From Candidatus Omnitrophota bacterium (lineage in GTDB: Bacteria; Omnitrophota; Gorgyraeia; Zapsychrales; Fredricksoniimonadaceae): a stretch of 54,802 nt of DNA. This document shows, one piece after another, positions 41,426 to 51,411 of this stretch. The DNA lies in NCBI GenBank assembly GCA_002753465.1, contig PEAF01000007.1:1-54802 (forward strand). Direction: 5' to 3'. The translations under genes and the position numbers were made by a program. How positions within the stretch are numbered: position 1 is the first letter of the stretch; each line of letters begins with the position of its first letter. The notes under the pieces were generated by a model that saw nothing but the letters and a program-made list of their open reading frames with translations, had not been told where the DNA came from and searched no databases.

Positions 41426-42149
41426 GATCCTTGTCTGTCCCATCGCGTTCAATGAGAACGTTAAGCTGAAAAGTGTTATTGAGCGGTTCTTGAAAAGTCC
41501 GGCCAGAAAGATCGCGGATTATCTGGTCATGGATGATTGTTCGACGGACGGGACCACGGAGATGATCCGGTCATTTGCCGTCCAGGGTGTTGCGACCATA
41601 CGTCATGAAAAACAAAGCGGCGTGGGGGTTGCGATCCGAACGGCCATCCGCTATGCTCAAAAGAATCAGTATGACGTCATTGTTATCATGGCCGGCAATG
41701 ACAAGGATAATCCTGATGAGATCACGGCCGTGATCAAGCCGATCGTGGATGACGGTTATGATTTCGTGCAGGGATCGCGTTATAAAGGCAAGGTCGGTAC
41801 CGGCGGGGATATGCCTTTCTACCGCAAGGTGGCGACCCGCATGCACCCGATGCTCATGTCATTTTTTACCGGCGCTTCGGTGACAGACAGCACTAACGGG
41901 TTCCGTGCTTTTCGTGTTAAGATCATCGATGACAGGCGTATTGACCTCGATCAGGATTGGCTGGACCATTATGAGCTTGAGCCGTATCTGATGTTCAAGG
42001 CGATCAAGCTGGGTTATAAATTTACTGAAGTTTTTGTTACAAAGATCTACCCGCCCAAGAAGCTCGGCTATACGAAAATGAAGCCGCTGCTGGGTTGGTG
42101 GAGTATTCTGAAACCGTTGTTTTACCTAGGATTGGGGATCAAAAAATGA
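41418..42149 (+). CDS. Glycosyltransferase family 2 (polyprenol-phosphate glycosyltransferase-like)
   Basis: [24 protein letters not shown]. Confidence 0.88.
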   Translation: MPKILVCPIAFNENVKLKSVIERFLKSPARKIADYLVMDDCSTDGTTEMIRSFAVQGVATIRHEKQSGVGVAIRTAIRYAQKNQYDVIVIMAGNDKDNPDEITAVIKPIVDDGYDFVQGSRYKGKVGTGGDMPFYRKVATRMHPMLMSFFTGASVTDSTNGFRAFRVKIIDDRRIDLDQDWLDHYELEPYLMFKAIKLGYKFTEVFVTKIYPPKKLGYTKMKPLLGWWSILKPLFYLGLGIKK

Positions 42150-42880
42150 AGATTTACGGCAAGAATCCGGTCCTTGAACGTTTGAAGGCAGATCCTAAAA
42201 GTATCAATCATATTTTTGTTGAGATCGGTAACCCGGAGCATCATTATGTGGCGATGAAAGCCAGGAAGCACGGCATTCCCGTCAGCGTTGTTCCGACCAC
42301 CAAGATGATGAAGCTCAGTCGCAGCCTGAATTCACAGGGGCTCGTGATGGAGGTCAAGGGCTTTGAGTACGCTGATTACGATGACCTTCTGGAAGATGTT
42401 GCGACGTCTGGCCTGACCTTCCTTTTTCTCGATGGCATTACGGACCCTCAGAATTTCGGCGCCATTTTACGCAGCGTTGCCTGTCTGGGTGGCATTGCCG
42501 TTGTTATACCGACGCACGGGTCGGTGGATGTGACGGATACGGTCACGCGTGTGGCTTGCGGCGGTGAGAATTATGTCAAGGTCGCCAAGGTCAGCAACTT
42601 GAACAATGCGATCGAAAAAGCCAAGTCCAAGGGCGTATGGATCGCCGGCGGCGTTGTTAAAGACGGCGATGATATTGCCAAGGTTAAGCTGCCGTTCCCG
42701 TTAGGGCTCGTCATGGGCTCCGAAGGTAAGGGGATCAGGGACGTCACGCTGACGCGCCTTGATCTTAAGTTAACGGTGCCGATGGCCCAGCCGCGTTTAT
42801 CGCTCAATGCGGCGCATGCAACCACATTATTCTGTTATGAGATCAAAAGACAAAAAGACCAGCAGCCCAGGAAAAAGTAA
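42146..42880 (+). CDS. rlmB: 23S rRNA (G2251) 2'-O-methyltransferase RlmB-like, TrmH/SPOUT family
   Basis: IYGKNPVLE, LDGITDPQNFGAILRS, GSEGKG, SLNAAHA; start ATG 42146 overlapping upstream stop. Confidence 0.8.
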   Translation: MKIYGKNPVLERLKADPKSINHIFVEIGNPEHHYVAMKARKHGIPVSVVPTTKMMKLSRSLNSQGLVMEVKGFEYADYDDLLEDVATSGLTFLFLDGITDPQNFGAILRSVACLGGIAVVIPTHGSVDVTDTVTRVACGGENYVKVAKVSNLNNAIEKAKSKGVWIAGGVVKDGDDIAKVKLPFPLGLVMGSEGKGIRDVTLTRLDLKLTVPMAQPRLSLNAAHATTLFCYEIKRQKDQQPRKK

Positions 42881-43445
42881 CCCGTCTTTGGATTTTTTTG
42901 CCGAGGCCGGCCTCCTCAAGCGCATCAAGCGCAGCGGGTGGTGGGTGGCGGGCATCAAGGATCCTGAGAGCGTGGCGGAACATTGCTTCCGCTGCGCGGT
43001 CATCGGGTTTTATATCGCCCATGAGGAAGGGGCTGACCCTTACCGCGTGATGGCGATGACGCTGTTCAATGACATCCATGAAGCGCGTATCAATGACCTG
43101 CACAAGATGGGGCATTACTATATTGATTTCAGGGAAGCGGAAAAGCGCGTTTTCAAGGACCAGGCGGCGCCGCTGCCGTCCAAGGTCCGTACCGCGCTGG
43201 TCGATATCCGCGGTGATTACGATACGCAGAAAACCCATGAAGCCCTGATCGCGCGGGATGCGGATATTCTGGAATGCCTTGTTCAGGCTGTTGAGTACCG
43301 GGATAATGGTTATCCTGTGGCTGAGAAATTCTTAAAGCGGGCGCCGGGGTTTTTGAAAACGGCCACGGCCAAGAAATTGTGGAAGGACCTTCAGCGTTGG
43401 GATTCGACGGTTTGGTGGGAGAATGTCGTTAAGTTCGAGCGATGA
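42837..43445 (+). CDS. HD domain phosphohydrolase (YfbR/HDDC2-like)
   Basis: LKRIKRSGW, ESVAEH, NDIHEAR (HD replaced by ND), DAD.LE. Confidence 0.75.
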   Translation: MRSKDKKTSSPGKSNPSLDFFAEAGLLKRIKRSGWWVAGIKDPESVAEHCFRCAVIGFYIAHEEGADPYRVMAMTLFNDIHEARINDLHKMGHYYIDFREAEKRVFKDQAAPLPSKVRTALVDIRGDYDTQKTHEALIARDADILECLVQAVEYRDNGYPVAEKFLKRAPGFLKTATAKKLWKDLQRWDSTVWWENVVKFER

Positions 43446-43523
43446 AAGTTGGTAAAAAAGTGATTGAATTGGACCGAGGTAGCAACTAGAATCAAAGAAC
43501 CGGGAGGCGGTAACTATTATATT

Positions 43524-43805
43524 ATGAAGAGGATAGGGATTGTTGCCAGTCGTATTGCCAAGGATGATCTGTTAGTTTATAACGGGCTGGTGATGCTGTT
43601 CTCGTTTTTGTTGTCGCTGCTGATTTTTTTTATTGCTGCTTTTTCGATTTTGGCAGCCATTGCGCTGGTTTCTTATGTGACGCGCGGTTATATGTCGATG
43701 GACGCCGGCCGTGGTTTTTTCAGGTTTGCCTTGATGGGATTGTCGGGTGTGGTCGCCATTATTAATTTTGTGGCTGTTATCGTTAACATTAAATTGAAGC
43801 GTTAG
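43524..43805 (+). CDS. Small membrane protein
   Basis: Two hydrophobic helices; start uncertain. Confidence 0.55.
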   Translation: MKRIGIVASRIAKDDLLVYNGLVMLFSFLLSLLIFFIAAFSILAAIALVSYVTRGYMSMDAGRGFFRFALMGLSGVVAIINFVAVIVNIKLKR

Positions 43806-43809
43806 CCCT

Positions 43810-45750
43810 ATGGCATTGAATCACGTTGAATTAAAAGATTTCATTAATGCGCTTAAGATCGGCATCTGCCGGACGACCGCGGGCTCAAACCCTGTTTTTG
43901 TGTTCACCAATTCGGCTTTTTCAGCGATGTTGGGCTATAAGAAAGATGAATTGGTTGGCAAGAAGGTGGGCGATCTTTTTACCGAAGCGCGCACGTTCAA
44001 AAGCCTCCTGACGCGGGTCAAGAAGCATGAGTTCCTGGAAAATTATGAGGCACGTCTGCACTGTAAGAAAAAGGGCGAGTCTATCTGGACGTCGATCGCC
44101 ATTTCGATGGAATACAATGCTAAAGGACATGTCGAGTTCCTGGATCTTGTTGTTGAAGATATTGCCCGCCAGAAAGAGATCGAGAAAGATTTAAGCCGTT
44201 CCAAGGAACTTTTTAAGGTGATCTTTGATAATTCAGCCGCAGCCATTACGGTGACGGACAAGAACGAACAGGTCATTGCCTGGAACCCGTTTGCCGAGCA
44301 AATGTTTGAAATGACGCGTGAAGATCTTTTTAATAAGCCGGTCAAGGACCTTTACCCGGAGCGTGAGTGGCGCAAGATGCGTAAGCTCAAGATCCGTCAG
44401 AAGGGCTCTCTGTCAGGCATCATGACGCAGGTGGTTAAAAAGGACGGCACCATCCTTGATGTCGACGCATCGATCTCCATCGTGCGTGATACGCAGGGTA
44501 ATATTTCAGGGTCGATCGGCATCCTCAGGGATATCAGTAAGCAGCGCCGTGTTCAGGAAATGCTGATCAAGGCCAAGATGGAGGCCGAAGAGGCCAACAG
44601 TTCCAAGAGCCTTTTTCTGGCCAAGATGTCGCATGAGTTGCGCACGCCCATGAATGCTATCATCGGTATGATCGACCTTACGCTCGACACAGGGCTTTCT
44701 GATGAACAGCGTGAAAATCTTAAAGTAGCCAAAGACGCCGCAGGTAATCTGCTGCGCCTGATCAATGACATCCTCGACCTTTCTCGTGCGGAAGCGGGTA
44801 AGATCTCCATCGAAGCCATAGAGATCTCTTTGCCCGAGATCGTGCGCAGCGTTTGCCGCGGGCTGCAAATCCTGGCGCAGAACAAGAATTTATTTTTGAG
44901 CTGGAACGTGGCGGCTGATCTTCCGGCGTTCGTGATGGGCGATCCGGTGCGTATCCGTCAGATCATCATCAATCTTGTTAATAATGCGATCAAGTTCACG
45001 CATAAGGGCGGGGTTACGGTCAGCGTAAGCCTGCAGGCCCGTCGTGACAAGGATTGCGATGTGCTGTTTGCCATTAAAGATACGGGTATCGGCATCCCCA
45101 AGGAAAAACAGGGGCGTATCTTTGAAGTGTTCAGCCAGGCGGATGATCAGACCGCGCGCCGTTACGGCGGCACGGGCCTTGGCCTCGTGATCTCCAAGAA
45201 GCTGGCGGAGATGATGGGCGGGCGCGTGTGGATCGATAGTGAAGACGGCCAGGGTAGTACGTTCAATGTTATGCTCCGCCTTGAGATCAGCACCAGTGTG
45301 GCCGCGCCACCGGCGCCGCAGACAGCGGACGCCTTGCCGGTCGAGGCGGAAAATGAGAATATCGGCCAGATCCGCATCCTTTTGGCTGAGGATAATCTGG
45401 TGAATCAGAAGGTGGCCCAGCGTATTTTGCAAAAGCGCGGCTGGGAAGTGGTGACGGCTAATAATGGTAAAGAAGCGCTGGATGCTATTGGGAAAGCCAG
45501 GTTTGATATCGTGCTCATGGATGATATCATGCCTGAAATGACGGGCGTTGAAGCGGTGAAGATCATACGCATCGAGGAGAAACAGACCGGCCTTCATTTA
45601 CCGATCATCGCCATGACCGCTAATGCGATGATGGGTGACCGTGAGAAATACCTGGCGGGCGGGATGGATGGCTATGTTTCCAAGCCCATTGACCGCGAGC
45701 ATCTTTTTAAAGAGATCATTAATCTAGTTAAACAAAGGAAAGACGCATGA
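43810..45750 (+). CDS. PAS-PAS hybrid histidine kinase with receiver domain
   Basis: MSHELRTPMN H-box, NLVNNAIKFT, DTGIGI, GGTGLGL, receiver LLAEDN...VLMD...KP. Confidence 0.93.
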   Translation: MALNHVELKDFINALKIGICRTTAGSNPVFVFTNSAFSAMLGYKKDELVGKKVGDLFTEARTFKSLLTRVKKHEFLENYEARLHCKKKGESIWTSIAISMEYNAKGHVEFLDLVVEDIARQKEIEKDLSRSKELFKVIFDNSAAAITVTDKNEQVIAWNPFAEQMFEMTREDLFNKPVKDLYPEREWRKMRKLKIRQKGSLSGIMTQVVKKDGTILDVDASISIVRDTQGNISGSIGILRDISKQRRVQEMLIKAKMEAEEANSSKSLFLAKMSHELRTPMNAIIGMIDLTLDTGLSDEQRENLKVAKDAAGNLLRLINDILDLSRAEAGKISIEAIEISLPEIVRSVCRGLQILAQNKNLFLSWNVAADLPAFVMGDPVRIRQIIINLVNNAIKFTHKGGVTVSVSLQARRDKDCDVLFAIKDTGIGIPKEKQGRIFEVFSQADDQTARRYGGTGLGLVISKKLAEMMGGRVWIDSEDGQGSTFNVMLRLEISTSVAAPPAPQTADALPVEAENENIGQIRILLAEDNLVNQKVAQRILQKRGWEVVTANNGKEALDAIGKARFDIVLMDDIMPEMTGVEAVKIIRIEEKQTGLHLPIIAMTANAMMGDREKYLAGGMDGYVSKPIDREHLFKEIINLVKQRKDA

Positions 45751-46097
45751 CGCTGATCATTGACATCAAGGATGCGCTGGAGCGCGTACAGGACGATAAG
45801 GAGCTTTTGCTGGAGCTTTTTGATATCTTCACCGAGGATTTCGTCGGCAAATATGCCCAGCTTCAGGTCGCGTGCAAGAAGGGTGATTGTTCAGCGTTCC
45901 AGATGCTTTCGCATGGACTTAAGGGGGCTACAGGCAACATTTCCGCCAAGCAGATGCACGAGAACTGCGTTGCGCTTGATGCCATGGGGAAGACCTGTGA
46001 CCTGTCCAATGCCGGTGAAAGGGTTGAGCTTCTGGGGCGTCAGTTCGAGGAATTCAAACTTGAAGCGATCAAGGTTAAAAAGGAGTTCGAAAAGTAA
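45747..46097 (+). CDS. Hpt phosphotransfer protein
   Basis: SHGLKGATGNISA motif, coupled to the kinase. Confidence 0.88.
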   Translation: MTLIIDIKDALERVQDDKELLLELFDIFTEDFVGKYAQLQVACKKGDCSAFQMLSHGLKGATGNISAKQMHENCVALDAMGKTCDLSNAGERVELLGRQFEEFKLEAIKVKKEFEK

Positions 46098-46105
46098 TTC
46101 TCCCC

Positions 46106-47866
46106 ATGTTCTTTAAAAGCCCCAGACCGTACATAGTCATCTTGGCCCTGTGCGTTCTGGGGCTTCTTCTTTATGCCCGGGCGCTGTGGTATCCGTTTGT
46201 TCATGATGATCTGGTGTTCATTCAGCTGAATCCGTATATCGCGCGCTGGGATAATATTCTCGATGTGTTCTTCCGGCCCGGTCTGGCGGTGGTGCAGGAT
46301 CAGATGCGCTATTATCGTCCTTTGCTGGAAGTTATTTATCGTCTGGAATATCTTGTTTTCGGGATGGAGCCATGGGGTTTTCATCTGGTCAATATATTGC
46401 TGCACGGTGTTGCCGCGGGATTGGTTTATCTGTTGGCGCGGCAGTTAAGATGCGCTAAAGGTGCGGCTGTTTTTATCAGTATCCTTTTTCTGGTTCACCC
46501 CGTACAAAGCGAAGCTGTTACGTGTGTTGCGGGCATATCAAATCTGGCGGTGGCGGTACTTATGCTGGGCGCGCTCGTTTTGCATATAACGGGCCGCCGG
46601 CAGGGGAAATGTTTTTACTGGCCCGCTTTGCTTATGGCTGGTGCCGCCTGTTTTGTTAAAGAGCAGGCGCTGGTGCTGGTGGCGCTGGTGGGTTTGTATG
46701 AGGTTCTTTTTCGCCGCGGAACATGGGGCAGCCGGGTAAGGGTCCTGGCGCCTTTTTTGATGATCTCAGGGCTGTTCCTGGCCTGGCGTATTTTTCTTTT
46801 CCCCGGTTTTGGAGCGAATGTGTTCGTTGGCGGATATGAATCCCGACTAAGACTTTTGGCTATTCCCAGGATCATCGTGACAGATCTCGGGCTTGTCTTC
46901 TGGCCGGCGGGGCTGCATTATTACCGCAGCATTGATATTCTGGCACCCTATGCTTTAGCCTGGATTGTTTTAGCAGCGCTTACGGGGCTGGTGGTTATTT
47001 GGTTCCGTCGGATCACACCCGCACAGCGGCGCCTGGGTCTGTTCGGGCTTGGGTTTTCTTTTTTTACATTTCTGCCGGCATTGAATATTTTTCCGCTTAT
47101 TAACGAATATTCAAATATTATGGCCGCGGAACATTTCATTTATTTATCTTTGGCCGGGTTTTTATTGATGATGACGGCGTTACTGGCAGGGATTTTTCGT
47201 CGTTTCAGGTGCGCGTGGCTGGTGGCGGCATGTTTTTCTGTTATCATTATTTTTGCGTTCATGACGGTCCGTCAGAGCGCTTTCTGGCGCAGTGAGACGG
47301 TTCTTTTTGAGCGGACGCTGGCTTTTGAGCCTCAGCTGGGAAGGGTTCATTTGCTACTGGGCCGCGCTTATGGCCGCGACCGACGTTTTTCCGACGCGAT
47401 CTGGCAGCACACGGCAGCCTTGCGGATCCTGGAGAATTATGTTAAAAGAACACCTGTAATGATGCCGGCGCACCGTTTCTATGAGATCTTTGTCAAGGAA
47501 GCGCACGACGAGCGCGGCGCTTTCCGCATGGTTTCGGGGGACCTTCACGGTGCGATTGAGGATTATAAGATCGCAGTGTCCATGGCGCACAATGGCTTGC
47601 GCTCCAGCGTCTTTGGCGGCAATGACAGCGCCTCAGCCAATAATTTAGGAATGCTTTTATTGCAGACCGGAGACCGGCTTGAGGCGCGTGAGATGTTCAG
47701 GCAGGCGCTCAAATGGGATCGGCACTTCGCGCCGGTGATGAATAATCTGGGGATGATGGCCCTTCAGCACGGCGATCGCGTGAGCGCGCGTTTCTGGTTT
47801 CGCCGGGCCTTGAAAACGGCGCCGGGTTTCACACAGGCGAGAGATAATTACAATAAGGCTAAGTGA
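46106..47866 (+). CDS. TMTC-like membrane O-mannosyltransferase-like protein with C-terminal TPRs
   Basis: FVHDD, YYRPL, FHLVNILLH, HPVQSEAV, KEQA, EHFIYL; TPRs with NNLG. Confidence 0.8.
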   Translation: MFFKSPRPYIVILALCVLGLLLYARALWYPFVHDDLVFIQLNPYIARWDNILDVFFRPGLAVVQDQMRYYRPLLEVIYRLEYLVFGMEPWGFHLVNILLHGVAAGLVYLLARQLRCAKGAAVFISILFLVHPVQSEAVTCVAGISNLAVAVLMLGALVLHITGRRQGKCFYWPALLMAGAACFVKEQALVLVALVGLYEVLFRRGTWGSRVRVLAPFLMISGLFLAWRIFLFPGFGANVFVGGYESRLRLLAIPRIIVTDLGLVFWPAGLHYYRSIDILAPYALAWIVLAALTGLVVIWFRRITPAQRRLGLFGLGFSFFTFLPALNIFPLINEYSNIMAAEHFIYLSLAGFLLMMTALLAGIFRRFRCAWLVAACFSVIIIFAFMTVRQSAFWRSETVLFERTLAFEPQLGRVHLLLGRAYGRDRRFSDAIWQHTAALRILENYVKRTPVMMPAHRFYEIFVKEAHDERGAFRMVSGDLHGAIEDYKIAVSMAHNGLRSSVFGGNDSASANNLGMLLLQTGDRLEAREMFRQALKWDRHFAPVMNNLGMMALQHGDRVSARFWFRRALKTAPGFTQARDNYNKAK

Positions 47867-47870
47867 TCAT

Positions 47871-48557
47871 ATGATTTATATCATTATTATTCTGGGCGCG
47901 CTTCTTGTATTGGGAGCTTTGAGTTACGTGGTTTCACAGTGGCCGGATCAGGCGCCGGCTAAGAATAAAAAAGAAAAGAAAGAACGCCCTGAGCCGGTTG
48001 TGCCGCAGAAAGATGTGTTTGAAGTGACCGAGAAGTTCGAACGGCGTGTCAGGACTTTGGAGGCGGCTTTACAGGCCGCCCAGGCTGATCAGAAGGCCCG
48101 CTTGAATGAGATCGGGGCTTTGAAAATCACTATTAACAATCTTGAAAAGGGAAGAGGCTAGGAAAAGTCCTGGCGTGAGAGGGAAGAGGCTTTTGCGGTC
48201 AAGGAGAGGAAGCAGGAGCTTGATTTGCGGGCCGAGCTTGAAAAGACGCGCGCCCTGTTGCATGATGAGTCGAATCAACGCATACGCCTTGAGTATGAAT
48301 TAAAGGAAGTGCGTTTGCTTAAAGACGCTGTTTCGGCGGAAGAGCGGAAGTTGACCGGCAGGAACAATGAGCTTGACCGTCAGCTGAAAGAGCTAGTCGT
48401 GGAATCACGCGAGCTTAGGAGCGAGAATGCCAAGTTAAAGATCAAAAAAGAAGCGGATCAGTGGGTGGCCAAGGATGAATATGTTATGCTTGAGAAATTC
48501 CTGAAGCGCGCCCAGGCTGAGATCGAGCAGTTGAAAAAGATGCCGCCTGCGCTTTAG
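47871..48557 (+). pseudogene. Membrane-anchored coiled-coil protein interrupted by an in-frame TAG (48159-48161)
   Basis: ORFs 47871-48161 and 48225-48557 are in the same frame and the intervening codons continue the coiled-coil (EKSWREREEAFAVKERKQELD). Confidence 0.6.
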
Positions 48558-48598
48558 GCTTTGGCATGCCTGCAGCTTGCGCAGGCTAATGGTTTAAT

Positions 48599-48622
48599 GT
48601 AGGGGCGACCCGCTGGGTCGCC
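48599..48622 (+). repeat. REP-like palindrome
   Basis: GTAGGGGCGACCC-GCT-GGGTCGCC, GTAG foot like the 15149/15494 elements. Confidence 0.6.
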
Positions 48623-48640
48623 TGTAAAGAGGAGTTTCAC

Positions 48641-49669
48641 ATGTCTTTTGAATATCGTAAACAGTTGCCTAATGTGGAAGAGATCATGCAGGCTTTGCCC
48701 GTCAGCCCTGAGTTGGCGGAAGTGAAGCTTGGCCGCGACCGCGCCGTGGCGGATATCATCACCGGCAAGAGCCATAAATTCCTTTTGATCATCGGGCCTT
48801 GCTCGGCGGACAATGAGGATGCTGTATGTGAATATGTGGCGCGTCTTTCCAAGCTGCAGGCGCGCGTTAAAGATAAGCTGGTCCTTTTGCCGCGCATCTA
48901 TACCAATAAGCCGCGCACAACGGGTATCGGGTATAAGGGCATGGCCCATCAGCCGGACCCGAACGAGGATCCTAACATTGTCGAAGGTCTTATCGCGATC
49001 CGCAAAATGCATATCCGCGCACTCGGTGAGTCGGGCTTAAGTTCAGCCGATGAGATGCTTTATCCTGAAAATTATCCGTATCTTGAGGACGTCCTGAGTT
49101 ATGTGGCCATCGGTGCGCGTTCCGTCGAGAATCAGGGGCATCGCCTGACCGTCAGCGGCCTGGATATCCCCTGCGGCATGAAGAATCCGCCCAGCGGTGA
49201 TATGGGGGTCATGCTTAATTCCGTGCGTGCGGCTCAGTCGCCGCATATTTTTTCCTATAACGGGTGGGAAGTCGCGACGAATGGGAATCCCCTGACGCAT
49301 TCCATTTTGCGCGGGGCGGTCAGCCCTTTCGGCAAGACCCTTGCGAATTATCATTATGAAGATATCGCTCATTTACAGGCGCTGTACAGCAAGTCCGGCT
49401 TATTGAATCCGGCGGTCATTATTGATGTCAGCCATGCCAATTCGAATAAAGTTTATACCGAGCAACCTCGCGTGGCACAGGAAGTCATTAACAGCCTTAA
49501 ATTCGCGCCTGCTTTAAGGGCGTTTGTGAAGGGGCTTATGATCGAGAGTTATCTGGAAGAGGGCGCACAGGATGTTAATGGCGGCGTTTATGGCAAGTCG
49601 ATCACCGATGCCTGCCTGGGTTGGGCGGCTTCAGAGGCTTTGGTTTTGAGTTTGGCGGACCAGCTTTAA
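48641..49669 (+). CDS. aroG: 3-deoxy-D-arabino-heptulosonate-7-phosphate synthase, class I (AroF/G/H type)
   Basis: IIGPCSA, KPRTTG.GYKG, AIGARSVE, IDVSHANS, GLMIES, YGKSITDACLGW; isozyme not determinable. Confidence 0.9.
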   Translation: MSFEYRKQLPNVEEIMQALPVSPELAEVKLGRDRAVADIITGKSHKFLLIIGPCSADNEDAVCEYVARLSKLQARVKDKLVLLPRIYTNKPRTTGIGYKGMAHQPDPNEDPNIVEGLIAIRKMHIRALGESGLSSADEMLYPENYPYLEDVLSYVAIGARSVENQGHRLTVSGLDIPCGMKNPPSGDMGVMLNSVRAAQSPHIFSYNGWEVATNGNPLTHSILRGAVSPFGKTLANYHYEDIAHLQALYSKSGLLNPAVIIDVSHANSNKVYTEQPRVAQEVINSLKFAPALRAFVKGLMIESYLEEGAQDVNGGVYGKSITDACLGWAASEALVLSLADQL

Positions 49670-49692
49670 CCGGTACTTTCATATAAAAGAGG

Positions 49693-50868
49693 TTGGCATT
49701 GTTTTCCAAGCGAACTGAATGGGAATTAGGCGAGAATCCCCTTGCCTTGGAGCTGAATAAGCTTCAGGAACAAGGGGTTTCTCTTTTTGACCTGACGCAA
49801 TCGAATCCTACCCAGGCGGGGATCGCGTATCCGCCGGAGCTTATCCTTAAGGCCTTTCTTGACCCGCAGAACCTGATCTATGCCCCGCACCCTAAGGGCA
49901 TGCTTAAAACGCGTGAAGCTGTGGCTCATTATTATGCGGATAAGGGGATTAAGGTTTCGCCGGAGAACATTGTCCTGACATCAAGTTCATCTGAGGCCTA
50001 TGGTTTCCTGTTCCGCCTTCTTATGGACCCGCATGACCGACTGCTTTTGCCGGCGCCAAGTTATCCGCTTTTTTCGTATCTGGCGGGGTTGAATGACGTC
50101 GATGTGGCCTATTATCATATCTATTTCGACGATAAGGGCTGGCGCATTGATTTTGATTCACTGGAAGACTCGGCGGAACGCGGGGCCAAGGCGATCGTTC
50201 TGGTGAGCCCGAATAATCCGACAGGCTCCTGCATTAAGGCGGAAGAGATCAAGCGGTTGAACGCCTTGTGCACCCGTTATGGCATGGCCATTATCAGCGA
50301 TGAGGTTTTTATCGATTATATTTTTGATGAGGCGGCGACGAAGTATCAGAGCCTTGCGCTGAATACGGGGGCGCTGAGCTTTGCTTTAGGCGGCCTTTCC
50401 AAGGCCATGGCTTTACCGCAGATGAAATTGGGCTGGATCATTGTCAACGGTCCCAAGAAAGAAGTGAAAGGCGCGCTGGACCGCCTCGAGGTCATTGCGG
50501 ACACATATCTTTCCGTGAATACACCGGTGCAGCATGCGGCAGCCACGTGGCTGGCCGGGCGAGGGATTGTCCGTGATCAGATCATGGCGCGCGTTCGCGC
50601 CAATGAAGCGCTTCTGGGGGATGTGGCCAGGAAAGCCGGCGTGCGCTGTTTTCCGGTCGAAGGCGGCTGGTACGGGCTTATTCAGTTATCGATGGGCATG
50701 CCTGAAGATGAGTGGGCATTAAAGCTCCTTAAAGAAAAACATGTTGTGGTGCATCCCGGGTTCCTGTTCGATTTTGATGAAGAAGGTTTTCTGGTCTTGA
50801 GCCTGCTGACCAAAGAGGATGTTTTCGCCGAAGGGCTTCGACGGATAGCGGCTTTCATTGAAAAATAG
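49693..50868 (+). CDS. PLP-dependent aminotransferase class I/II
   Basis: SPNNPTG, ISDEVF, GLSK lysine motif. Confidence 0.9.
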   Translation: MALFSKRTEWELGENPLALELNKLQEQGVSLFDLTQSNPTQAGIAYPPELILKAFLDPQNLIYAPHPKGMLKTREAVAHYYADKGIKVSPENIVLTSSSSEAYGFLFRLLMDPHDRLLLPAPSYPLFSYLAGLNDVDVAYYHIYFDDKGWRIDFDSLEDSAERGAKAIVLVSPNNPTGSCIKAEEIKRLNALCTRYGMAIISDEVFIDYIFDEAATKYQSLALNTGALSFALGGLSKAMALPQMKLGWIIVNGPKKEVKGALDRLEVIADTYLSVNTPVQHAAATWLAGRGIVRDQIMARVRANEALLGDVARKAGVRCFPVEGGWYGLIQLSMGMPEDEWALKLLKEKHVVVHPGFLFDFDEEGFLVLSLLTKEDVFAEGLRRIAAFIEK

Positions 50869-50937
50869 CCGCGTTCTGTTAAGATGTCATAGTTAAACAG
50901 CCATGAAAAATTATTAATTTGAAGAAAAGGGATGATT

Positions 50938-51411
50938 ATGGCCAGACCGAATTGGGATGAATATTTCATGAAACTCGCCATGCTTGCCTCCGAGCGGGCG
51001 ACTTGCCCGCGCATGCATTGCGGTTGCGTGCTGGTCAAAGACCGTGAGGTCACAGCCACCGGGTATAACGGTTCAATTCCCGGCGATGATCATTGCGAGG
51101 ATGTCGGGTGTCTTGTTGTCGAAAACCACTGTGTGCGTACAAATCACGCGGAAATGAACGCAATCGTTCAGGCGGCCAAAAAAGGCCATAAGATCGACGG
51201 CGGGACAGCGTATGTGACGAACATGCCGTGCACGACATGCGCTAAGGCGCTCATTGCCGCGGGGGTCAAGCGGGTGGTTGTTTTTTCAGATTACCACAGC
51301 ACGCTGGCAACAGAGTTTTTTGCCAAAGCCAAGGTCGTGATCGACAAGGTCGCCATGCCGTCCAAAGAGATCGTGTATGACCTAGAGAAGTACACGTCGG
51401 CCAGAAAATAA
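50938..51411 (+). CDS. dCMP deaminase / ComEB family
   Basis: RPNWDEYFM, TGYNG, HAEMNAI, PCTTC. Confidence 0.9.
   Translation: MARPNWDEYFMKLAMLASERATCPRMHCGCVLVKDREVTATGYNGSIPGDDHCEDVGCLVVENHCVRTNHAEMNAIVQAAKKGHKIDGGTAYVTNMPCTTCAKALIAAGVKRVVVFSDYHSTLATEFFAKAKVVIDKVAMPSKEIVYDLEKYTSARK

Noticed and set aside
48159-48161. Pyrrolysine or stop-codon reassignment
   Set aside because: Other genes end normally in TAG (e.g. 1759, 14463, 22702) and no pyl genes are in the window
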